A stretch of DNA of 35,454 nt, taken from Macrostomum lignano. Its lineage: Eukaryota. This document shows, one piece after another, positions 1 to 10,083 of the stretch (positions are counted from its first letter, which is position 1; the number at the start of each line of letters is the position of its first letter). A model generated the notes under the pieces. It was not told the DNA's origin, searched no databases, and worked only from the letters and a program-made list of their open reading frames with translations. The translations under genes were made by a program, and so were the position numbers. The DNA is taken from the NCBI GenBank assembly GCA_002269645.1, contig NIVC01002756.1:1-35454 (forward strand), in the 5' to 3' direction.

Positions 1-480
1 CACACACTGAGGCTGACTGTGGTTGAGTTTTGAGTGTCACATACTGAGGCTGACTGTGGTTGAGTTTTGAGTGTCACACTGAGGCTGACTGTGGTTGAGT
101 TTTGAGTGTCACACACTGAGGCTGATTGTGTTGAGTTTTGAGTGTCACATACTGAGGCTGACTGTGGTTGAGTTTTGAGTGTCACATACTGAGGCTGACT
201 GTGGTTGAGTTTTGAGTGTCACATACTGAGGCTGACTGTGGTTGAGTTTTGAGTGTCACATACTGAGGCTGACTGTGGTTGAGTTTTGAGTGTCACATAC
301 TGAGGCTGACTGTGGTTGAGTTTTGAGTGTCACATCTGAGGCTGACTGTGGTTAGTTGTGTTGCTGTGAGTTTTGAGTGTCACACTGAAGGCTGACTGTG
401 GTTGAGTTTTGAATCACTGACACTGTGGTGTGGTTATTGAGTTTTGAGTGTCACACCGAAGCTGACTAGTTTTGAATCTG
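1..480. repeat. 37-bp tandem minisatellite
   Basis: Unit GAGGCTGACTGTGGTTGAGTTTTGAGTGTCACATACT is repeated head-to-tail about 9 times almost perfectly to ~345, then decays to ~480. No spacers between units. Confidence 0.97.
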
Positions 481-687
481 ATTAGTTTTGACACGCTATT
501 GAAGCTATTGAGGAGTATCAGAGAGAGGCTGATTATGGTTGATTTGACTGTAACTCAATGTGCAAGCATCCGACACAGTTAATTGATTTGAAATTGGTGA
601 AATTTTAAAGTTGAAAAACAGCACAAAAACAAACATTAACACACAAAAACAGTATATTAAGAGCTACAAAACACTTTTAAACAAACT

Positions 688-903
688 ATGGTAAAAAGCA
701 CTCCAATTAAATGTAAACCAGATCAAAAAGACTCAATTCACTCACTTTCATCAGTAGAGTCATGGCCAAGAAATCCAGTTGAGTGGTGGCTCTTTGCCAT
801 GCCTGACTACACACCAGCAGAAATTGCTTCACTTGCTCCACTGGTATTAGGAAGCATAAACACTTGCAGTTTGTTTAGCTGCAAATATAAAAACATTATC
901 TAG
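688..903 (+). mobile_element. Possible eroded hAT transposase C-terminal dimerisation-domain fragment
   Basis: Short ORF contains NPVEWW...Y.P..IASLAPLVL, loosely like the hATC pattern (PLEWW...YP.LA.LA...L). Weak, judged by eye only. Confidence 0.25.
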
Positions 904-2600
904 ATAATAGTAATGCATATATTTTATTGTATATTTTAGGCTAAAATTTTACATGTAAATAATTTTCTATAGACATATATATACAGCTATAATCAAACTT
1001 TGCTCTTTAGATAAAAGGAATAGGTTTTATACTTTTTTATATAAAATATTGATATGTATAAAAAAGTAAATATAAAAATCTTCATAAAAATAAACATTTT
1101 TTGCTTAGGCTTAGACATGGCTAAGTCATTTTAGCAAAACAGAAAAACTAAAAAGGACTTTTTTATTTTTTGGTATTTCGACAATAAATAAATAAACTTA
1201 ATTTTGGGATATATAGTTTAGTTTATATTAAATATTAAAATGTCTATTAATAGTTAATTATTTCTAGAAAATAACTTATAAGTCTAAGATAATTTTAAAA
1301 TAATATGGAAACAAACTTATGAAATATAAAAGGCTAGATGGTTATAAATAAATAAATAATAATTAAATATTGATTTTTTTCATTTTGATTAGAGTTTAAC
1401 CATAGCTATAGATATGGCTATAGGAAGTTTCAGATTTAGAAGTTTTTAGTCAGAGTTTAGATATAGAAATTTATAACTATATTTAGGTCACTGAATAACT
1501 TAAGACTTGAAAGTTTAAGGAGCATTAAAGCCATTGATTGGATAGATAACCAATAAGTATAAAATATAGAATAGTAGTCTAAGTTTTTAGAAAAGAATGA
1601 ATGTTGCTAGTTTCAAAGATTCCTAAAACTAGGAACTCAAAAACAAATATTTCTGATATCACACATTAATTATAGTTAAGATAATAAGGGCTAAAGTTAA
1701 GATCAATAAGCTAATAAAAAGCCACCCAGCAGGCTAGGATTTGCCTTCAAAGAAAGCTAGACTAAAAAATAATTTAAGAAGCTTTTTCTACCAAATCTTT
1801 TATTGGGCACCAACTGCTAAGCATAATCTTTTTTATAGGTCTAGTATAGATTAATAGTTCTAGATCTAATAGACAAGCCAGGTTTCCAAACATGTTTGCC
1901 TCAAAATGATGCTTCCAAATATATTTTTCCAATAGATAACAAGCATTAATAAATAAAGTAGGTTTGAATTAAATTTCATTTTAAGTCATTGACTAAGCCT
2001 AGGGGTTACTGGTCAAGTCAGTGACAAGACATTTTGGTGACAACCATTTTGGTGACAAGTTTGGAAACTTCAGCTGATAACCTCAGTCGAATCGGTGACA
2101 CTGCTATAAATTGTTTTTGTAATTTAGAGATTTACTTGAGCAAATGCAATTTTTATCATCATTTTTTTGCTGACATGCATTTCTTTTCCTTTATAGTCAT
2201 TTTTTATAGTTTATTTTGTTTTTCTTAAAAGTCAATTGCATTGATCAATTTTTGACTATGTACAATATACTGAATAGTGTACCCTGTCCTTATTCAGGTA
2301 GCTCTTCTGGCTACTTGGATATTAGTCGGGTTGTTCATCTCATTTAATTTGCAAAGCACTTACGCAATGAATGAAATATAAGAGCTGATCTAGTTCATAC
2401 GACAAGTGTACATGCATACGCAGAGAGTACATACTCAATAACTGATTAGTTTTTCTGCTAACTGGGGACTCAGGGGAGAGATATAGGGCAGTGAGTAATT
2501 AATTGCCAATAAATATAAAAGAACAAAACTGTTTTATTTGCATGTTTAAGACTTGTCATGGATTCATACTTGAGTTGTAGGAAGGAGGTTCGCCCTCTTC

Positions 2601-2816
2601 AATACTGGCCTGATTGCAGCGCATGGGCATTTTGGCGGATGGCGTCCGGCGCAGATCTAATATGGCGCGGCGCGTATGGCGAGCAGCGATTAGTACGGCG
2701 CGGCGCGGTACTAATTAGATGCCGAGGCATTTAGGCTTGATAAGACAGTCATAGTTACTCCTGCCGTTTACCCGTCTGGCGTACTTAAGCCATGCGCTGC
2801 AATAGGGAATACTGGC
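2601..2816. mobile_element. 198-bp TIR-bounded insert (2610-2807) flanked by 9-bp direct repeats; MULE-like MITE candidate
   Basis: AATACTGGC at 2601-2609 and 2808-2816. Perfect 14-bp inverted repeat ATTGCAGCGCATGG (2613-2626) / CCATGCGCTGCAAT (2790-2803). GC-rich interior in AT-rich surroundings. 9-bp TSDs are typical of Mutator-like elements. Confidence 0.65.
2710..2774 (-). rRNA. Isolated 65-nt fragment of eukaryotic 28S (LSU) rRNA, helix 69-71 region around the R2 insertion site; not a functional rRNA gene
   Basis: Minus strand CGGGTAAACGGCAGGAGTAACTATGACTGTCTTATCAAGCCTAAATGCCTCGGCATCTAATTAGT matches conserved 28S CGGGTAAACGGCGGGAGTAACTATGACTCTCTTAAGGTAGCCAAATGCCTCGTCATCTAATTAGT with about 7 differences. 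The flanks do not continue as rRNA. Confidence 0.85.
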
Positions 2817-4890
2817 AGCACAGAGTCTATGGAACAGGCATGAATGCAAGGACGTACTTCTGCTTGAAAAACTAGGAACCTTTCCTTGGCACTGCTCAGA
2901 GTGCTCCCATCCTGATGTACATGTACAGCGGCTAGATGATGACTACGAACAGCAGGGTGATGATTGCCAGGTTCAACAGGATGACTATAATATGTATCAG
3001 GCTGGGCATGATGACTCAGTAATGACTCAATTAGTAAATGTAGCTATATTGTACATAGTCAAAAATCAATTGATGCAATTGACTTTAAGAAGGAAAAAAA
3101 ACAATGCAAAAAAATAATTATAAAGAAAAAGCAATTAATAGGCCTACATATAGAGTAAATCTCTAAATTACATAAATAATTTTTGACAGCATCACCAATT
3201 TGACTGAGGTTGTCACCAAAGTTTCCAAACTTGTCACCAAAATGTCTTGTCACCGACTTACCAGTAACCAGCCTAGGACTAGTCAATTAGATACAAAACT
3301 AACTTAGTCAATTAATTAAAAAATATAAGCTGAAGGCCTAGTGATTATATTATACAAATCTAAATTAAGACTAAATGGTATTGTGTTCAAATAATTTCAC
3401 TTTATAATAAGTGACTTTTATTTTAGGGTAAAAGATAGATTATATATTAGGCCTAAACTTATTTTAAAAATCATTCTTATTTCAAATAAGATAATATTTG
3501 ATTTAAGTCTTAAGATTTTTCATTTGATTTTTTATTTGTGGGAGAAGTAGTCATATAATGGATTGCTACATGCTATATGCTTGCCATTCCATTAATAGCC
3601 AATTGCAAAAGTTCCCATGCAATTTTCTAATCAAACAAAAAATAATGACAACAATATATATAGCCCTATAAGCAAAGGTCACAGTTAGAGCAAGACAAAT
3701 GGAATCACAAAGTCTAAGAGCAAACAAAGTCTGCTCTGTTGATAGTGTTGGGCACCCCAGAATTGCACAGCAGGCAGTCTACATATTGACAGGTTCAGGC
3801 ACAGGCCTGACCCTGCCTAAACAGACCTTGGTAAGCATATAGCAGGATATCCTAAACAGGTTGGGGCAATACAATAGCCCTTGGCATAGATCATGTGGCC
3901 TTCTAATTTAAGGAATCATTCTTCTTAGGCCTACTTTAGCCTGAGGCACCTAGGCTAAATGACTTGTCCTGCTTAAATAGGCCTATAATTTATATTGATT
4001 CAAATTCAATAGAATAACTGAATAGGCCTAGGCCTAACTAGTAACTTGTTCAATTTTTCTAGGCACTAGGCCTAACCCAACCTCTGAAACAGTGAAACTC
4101 TTTACAAAAGTAAAAAAATGAATATGCTGTAACTGTTAAATGAACTTAATTGAATATAGGTCTAGTGAAAGATAATGCCGCAGTGTAAAAAGTGCAATAA
4201 CACTTAGCCGGGAATACATTAGACTTAAATGTATACTGAGCTAATGAGCTTGCAACATTAAATCTAAGTTCCTAACCTGCAATCTGCATCGTCTTTAATA
4301 CATGTAATTATTTACTTATAAATCATCCCATATATCAAAAATTGTTTGTCGTTAGGTAGATATATTATCATTAGGAAAATTAGTTCTTAAGTAATAGGTA
4401 TTAATTAAATATTTCACTAAAAATTACAGTCAAAAATGTGCCTTTCGGTGATAGTGTAATCAAACGCAGTAAGACAAATCGTAAAGTCAAAATTGTTTGA
4501 AAACAGTAATGTTTTCTAAAACTTAACTACTAGAAGATTTAAAGTTTTATTCAACGGCTTTAAATGTATTATTTCTGCATTTATAAATACGTACGTTTTC
4601 AAAGTCGGTATATAGTTATTGTAACATAATCGCCCGAAAATATCACAAAAAATTAAAGTTATCCATTGATTCTCGTTTTAGGTTGAGAATCAAGCGGAAT
4701 CTGATGTAAAAAACTAATAGAACTAGAGACTTTAGTGTTGAATGCAGCAACTGGTTGTACATCACCCAATTCAATAGAATAACTGAATAACTGAAATTAG
4801 CTGTCAATCTAAAACATAATGTACACATTTTATTTTAGATTGTAAAAAAATCATTAGAGATTCTAATAGTATTAATAAACGTGTGTTACA

Positions 4891-5271
4891 CAGGGCGTTG
4901 CCACCGGGGGGCAGGGTGTGACATGTCCCCCAGTATAAAAGCTATGGGCCGGGGACATGCCAATTAATGCTTGTTCCCCCGCCCCACCTTTAATTTGTTG
5001 ACCTTAATTCGGAATTAGCTGATTTGGAATTAAATCATTTTGCTTCAGGGCGACTAAAGATGCGCTGAAGTAATGCCTGCGCGCTGAAATGAGTGCCTGT
5101 GGCGCTATATATAAAATGGTGTCTGCGGCACTGAAATGATCGCTGACAAAACACCGATTCGAAAAATACGATAGGAATTTAGTCGATCAACTTAATTATA
5201 TGTACATGTGCAGCAGAGTTCTTGGTTTTGTCCATCTCCACTACACCATAAAATCCATGGCGACGTCCCTG
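4891..5271. mobile_element. hAT-like MITE, ~380 bp
   Basis: Ends CAGGGCGTTGCCA... and ...TGGCGACGTCCCTG are imperfect TIRs. G-run/GACATGTCCCC subterminal block and ~21-bp GCGCTGAAAT internal repeats. Flanks GTGTTACA / TGTATACA match only imperfectly as a TSD. Confidence 0.6.
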
Positions 5272-5814
5272 TGTATACATGTATGTAACAATTAAGGACC
5301 TCTAGGTACTTATAGACTCCTAGTGGTTTTGCATAGTACGTAGGCTGATAGCTATATAGAGATTGTTTATTGTCATATAAATGACCATCATGCAGTTTCT
5401 TTTTTAGTGTCTCGGCTACTGAAACTTGTTGCTGAGTAACTAAATAAATTAGCTGTCTAGCTACGTACTGGTTCTGTCCAACGTCTAAACTGGAAACACA
5501 TGTACGTACATTTACTTTACTACATGTCTGGATATTTAATTGGAACAGCTGATTCCATGTAGATGCAACCTTTGCCCCGGAGCTCGCAATGCTGACACGC
5601 CATGAATCAGGATAGCACATATAAAATACTATAAGACGACTAAGCAGAAATAAATGAGTCTAGCTGGGTGATGGACCTGTTGTGCAAGCACAGGATGGCA
5701 TAACCCCTTACATAAGTGCATGACTGTGTGGTAAACGGTAAAGCTTGCCGCAGCTTTTTGAGGACAAGCTCCATTAATCTACATGTCAAAAACCTGCAGC
5801 TATACATGTAAGTG

Positions 5815-5935
5815 CAAGGGCGTCGCCACCGGGGGGTGGGGGGGGCAGGGGGACATGTCCCCCACTTAGCGCCGCAGCCACTCATTTAGCGCGCAGGCAC
5901 CATTTTGGAGCCGCAGGCCCTCATTTTAGCGCTCT
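5815..5935 (+). mobile_element. Truncated second copy of the same MITE family (left end only)
   Basis: CAAGGGCGTCGCCACCGGGGGG...GGGGACATGTCCCC matches 4891-4930. It is followed by tandem subrepeats complementary to those at 5060-5140. No right TIR found. Confidence 0.55.
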
Positions 5936-6709
5936 CTAAACTCTATCTGCACTGGTACGCAACCCCCAGTGTAGTAATCTCAGTGTCGCGCTCTGATTGG
6001 CTAAGAAAGGGGACGATGCACATGGTTGTGTTACTGGGGTGGTTATTTGTGAGTCATTTTTTAAAATTTGTGAGCAATTTTTCCCGATTTACTACTGTAT
6101 GTAACCATTGAAAATAAGTCAATGATGAGTACGCACTTTTTCCCAAATCCCGCGCTAGCACATGGGCTCGAAACTTACTAGCCTACTAACAGTGGGCGAT
6201 GGGCATTTTTATCCTTTTTCTGCGAATTGTCATGGAATCTATACTAGATATAATGTCTGGCCATGCTAGTAGTCATAATAACATAGGCATTGCTTTTTGG
6301 GTCATAAATCATCGCTTTCGAAGCTGGTCTGACAGCCACCTGCGCCTCACTCAGTGTTGAGACGGGCGCCAGATGGTCTGAGAGGATGCGGGCGATAGCT
6401 TTTTTCTCATCATTTTGACAGGCCATCAAGATTTATGAGGTCAGAGCCTATTGTTCGGATTCACTCAAGCGTGTGACAGCTTTGACAGCTATGCGTTTTA
6501 CCCCTAAAAGTACTTTGGGATTAGCGATTAGCGATTTCTCTTCATTATCTTCACTTTCTATTTAATAAGAGCTTTCTAATGTATATTTTTTCATTAATTT
6601 CTGTCAATCCTACGCGAAAAGTCATAAATCATTTTGTTGCGATTTTGAATGATTTATGGCCGCACCTGTCATCTTTTTACGACCCTGTGGGAACTGATAG
6701 GATCTCTCG

Positions 6710-6842
6710 GTCACGTGATTCTGGGTAGCAACAAGCTTAGCCAATCAGAAAATTCGGCGCTCATTTTAACAAAACGGCTCAGCCAATCAGAATCGACGTG
6801 TTCCATTATAACAAACTGCGGTCCAGTTGGCGGCTATTTAAA
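6710..6842 (+). promoter_or_regulatory. Pol II promoter-like module: E-box TCACGTGA, two CCAAT boxes, TATTTAAA
   Basis: TCACGTGA ~6710, AGCCAATCAG at 6739 and 6781, TATTTAAA 6835-6842. Related copies at 7112-7165 (inverted) and 34233-34330. No downstream gene identified, so probably repeat-borne. Confidence 0.4.
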
Positions 6843-9435
6843 CCGGAGTTTTTGGCCCGCTCGGAAGCAACTCTTGCTCGGGCCCAGCACGCAACTTCTG
6901 GTTCCCGGAGCGCGACCGTCGTTTCTTGATCCCCGGATTGCGACTTCCCCCCATCATAATCAAGGACGAATCCCTCGGTCGTCAGCAGCGAACATCAAGC
7001 GAAGATCATCACCTGCTAGCTATCAGCGAAGATTGTGTCAGCATCATCCCGAGTCTACAGCTGCGAAGCATCAAGCCGATTCGGTCACTGTGGATTACCT
7101 GGTCTCCGGCTGTTGAGTTTCTGATTGGTTGGGTGAGAGGCTACCTAGACTTGCTTGATTGGGTGATTCCCTGTCTGTCCCCTGTTTCAGTAGCTGAATT
7201 AGGCGCACACTTTTGCTCATTTTGTTCAGTAGTGCTGTTACTGAGGCAGAAATCACTTAATAATACTACTAGTAGTCTGAAACTCCAATTCAATCTGAGG
7301 TGTGAAGAGATATAAGGAGAAGGTTAAATCTAACAGTCATTTTTATCGGTTTTATTTCTTTGTTCGCCGATGGCTCAGATGAGTAGCTAAGCTAGTAGGC
7401 GCCGGTCCCAGTGGACCAATGGCAAGGCAGTTCTCAGTCGATCAATCAATCAAATCAGTGAGCAAAACTGCCAGAAGTGCAGAATCGGCGCCAGAGATGT
7501 ACTTTGTGCACTCTAGGTTAGCCAAGCGGCTCGGGTAATGAATCATGCGAGGTCTCTGAAGTTCGAGTTAGTCTATCATCAGCGCTATGAGAGGCTAGTT
7601 GGCGCGTTGAAGGCCAAAAGAACATATCTTCGTATTTAGCAATGTAATAGTACATGTAGCTACCCCATAGACTCGCCACTGCAAGAATCCCCTGCACAAG
7701 TCCCCTCTGTACCTGCATGGCCAATGCGATCTAGTCCCAGCAGTGTCCCTTATCATCGGCTATGACTTCGAGATTGACAGCAAAAAGACACTAGTTGGCA
7801 GGTAAGTGCAAAGCCCCTTCTAGTCGGAAGCCCGATTTCGAGAGTCCCGGTGTGGTGAGCCAGGACGCACGGGCTGGTGGCAGCGAGTTAGCTTAGTCTG
7901 CGGATTAGCTAATTTCTACCTTCAAAATTCTCCCTGCTTGTCTCTCGCTGTCCCTCTCTTAGCTATAGGACCTAGACTGCTCGCCACACGATCAAGCTAC
8001 CATGGGGCTGACCATCTGACAGGAGTGGGGGGCCAGGACTCTAATTGATTTATTTCTGAGGCCTGAGGCCCGAAGGCTTCCTCACAAGGGGCCTGAAAGG
8101 TCGAAACCCATCATCAAGTCATTATAGTCGGTGCACGCGGTACGTGCGTTTTTAGTGAATATCATCATTTATGAATTAGTATTAATATGAAAATAATTTC
8201 TTAAAGCCGAGTTCACGAGCCGCAGTTTTTGGGTGCATTTTGTAGGCTGTTTTAGAAATAAAATTAGTGCGTGGAGATCGAGAGGCTGATGACCGAAAAT
8301 CTTGCAGACGTTTATAATATTTCTAGGCTTGTAGATTGGATAAGAATAACCGATCAAGTGTAAAAAAAGCAAAATTATGCAATCGTGTTTGCTGTGCAGT
8401 ATAAAATATTGATTTGGATGTGAAAAGCCACCTCAGCAATAATCTAAGCCGACGACCCTGGATGCTGGATATGCCGATCGTTGACACGGCCATCAAATAA
8501 ACACACGTACATGTATTAAAATCGTACATTGGAGTTACAAATTAGCAGCGAACCCCTATTCCTATCATCATTTAAGCAATTACTCCCAATTACTCGTATC
8601 TTCCATTAAACTGGAATAACCAAATTTTTTGGGTCTGTGTTATTAGCTACGAGTAGGTGAGAGTGAGATAAATTAGAAAATTGTTGAAAAATCTTGAACT
8701 AGTTAATGTTTTAAATTTAAAAAATACGCTCAGAAAAACACAGCCGTGGGTAAACGGAATAAAACATTTTAACTTGAATATAAAACAATTTTAATAAAAA
8801 CACACCTCTGGACGGTATCGCAACAGTATATAGTACGAGTACCATAAAAAATAATCGCGAATCCAGGAGGTATGACAATTAAAAAAATAGCTCAAGCTAT
8901 GACTGTTTAAGTGTGGGTAACTACGAGAGTATTATAGGAACTGTGGGTATTGACGAAAATAACGATAAAGACACTCTACGAAACAAATACTACATGCATT
9001 TGTACACCTCACCCTCGATCATAACGATGCATTTGCGAATCATTTTTAGGAAACTAGCTTTAGGAAACTAGCTGTGCGTCTGAAGATGGATTTCAATTTG
9101 CCAAAAGTATAAAGCTGCTTTGATCTAATTGATGTGGGGCTGATTAGTAGTTAACTTTGCGTTTTATATCCCGGCCAATCAAATAATTCCTCATCAGTTT
9201 GTTTTAGTTTTATCTTTTTTTGTTTGAAATCCCATTCGTTTTTGTTAAAATAGGCTCCGGTCAATTACATCTGGATTATTTCCCCATTCTCCAAAATTAC
9301 TATAAATACGGCCAACTTAAAACGAAAATACGAGTATACCAACTTTTGCTTGAGCTTAAAATCCGCCTAAATTGACTAAGTTCAAAGAAAATTTAAAGCA
9401 GACTGATGTTAAAGACTTAGTTCTTTGTAAGAATA

Positions 9436-9513
9436 GGGCAAATTGAGGTCGTGGAGACCCACAATAGGAATCTGGAACAGGGCAAACTGAGGTCGTGGAG
9501 ACCTAGAATAGGA
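9436..9513. repeat. 44-bp tandem duplication
   Basis: GGGCAAAYTGAGGTCGTGGAGACC...AATAGGA occurs at 9436 and 9480. Confidence 0.85.
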
Positions 9514-10026
9514 GTATTAAAGCCGTGTAGGCTATTAATAGTAGGCATTAGGAAGTTTAGAAGCTGATGCTGGAAAACCCTTGATCCCCGAATAATGCGC
9601 AATACTTTCGGACTTAGTTTAGGACTTTAGTACAGTGTCCATACCGCTCGGGCACTAATCGCTACCACTAGATTTTTAAGAAATCGAGTGAATTACAAAA
9701 TTTCCAAGAGTTCTAGCTTAGTGACTAATAGTACGAATTAATTAGGCTGAACGAGGAGGCCTGTAATAGTTTAGTAGAATTTTAGAGATAGACCAATTAA
9801 GTAAAATCACACCTGTGACAACTTGGTGGCATTTAGTGGGATAATTCAGGGGACAGAACTTAGCCCTAGAACAACTTGGTGACTTATTGGTGGGACTTTA
9901 CATGCAACGGAAGCAATGCATATAGTAAAGGCGATGTATGTACCCTGCATGTAGCAATGGACTTTCGAAAAAAAACCAACAGGCTTTCAATCCACCAGTT
10001 CAAAGCAATTTTCTTAAATTGGCGCA

Positions 10027-10083
10027 TCAATAGCGACTCAATAGTTTGCTGTACTTCTTCTTTCGTGATGTTTTGGCGGCTTC
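10027..10083 (-). CDS. RNF213-like gene, predicted last exon (EAAKTSRKKKYSKLLSRY-stop)
   Basis: Acceptor TTTTTTTAATTTTAG at 10084. Phase 0 matches the GTGAGT donor at 10182. Confidence 0.6.
   Translation of the reverse strand, partial: EAAKTSRKKKYSKLLSRY

Larger units (their letters stand above)
1988..3287. mobile_element. 1.3 kb foldback-like element with long imperfect inverted arms (1988-2269 and 3045-3287) and a 775-bp spacer
   Basis: The arms are reverse complements, e.g. GACTATGTACAATATA vs TATATTGTACATAGTC and CATTTTGGTGACAAGTTTGGAAACTT vs AAGTTTCCAAACTTGTCACCAAAATG. They carry internal GGTGACAA subrepeats. This explains why ORFs 2034..2228(+) and 3059..3286(-) give similar peptides. 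Could instead be two inverted copies of a ~260-bp dispersed repeat. Confidence 0.8.

Noticed and set aside
1-480. CRISPR array or telomere
   Set aside because: The units abut with no unique spacers and the context is eukaryotic. The G/T-rich strand runs inward from the left end, the wrong polarity for a left telomere.
2936-3015. Box C/D snoRNA (several RTGATGA motifs near the 28S-antisense stretch)
   Set aside because: No properly placed CTGA box D or terminal stem. The motifs are explained by GAT-GAT-GAC codons, and 65 nt of complementarity is far longer than a snoRNA guide.
5192-7724. Short ORFs at 5192..5620, 6244..6429, 6649..7116, 6926..7315 and 7518..7724 as genes
   Set aside because: No recognisable domains and no convincing splice chain; they overlap repeat-like sequence.
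8080-8108. Hammerhead ribozyme-like CCTCACAAGG-GGCCTGAAAGGTC-GAAAC
   Set aside because: A stem II and GAAAC are present, but the CUGANGA core has two mismatches and stems I/III were not found; at best a dead relic.
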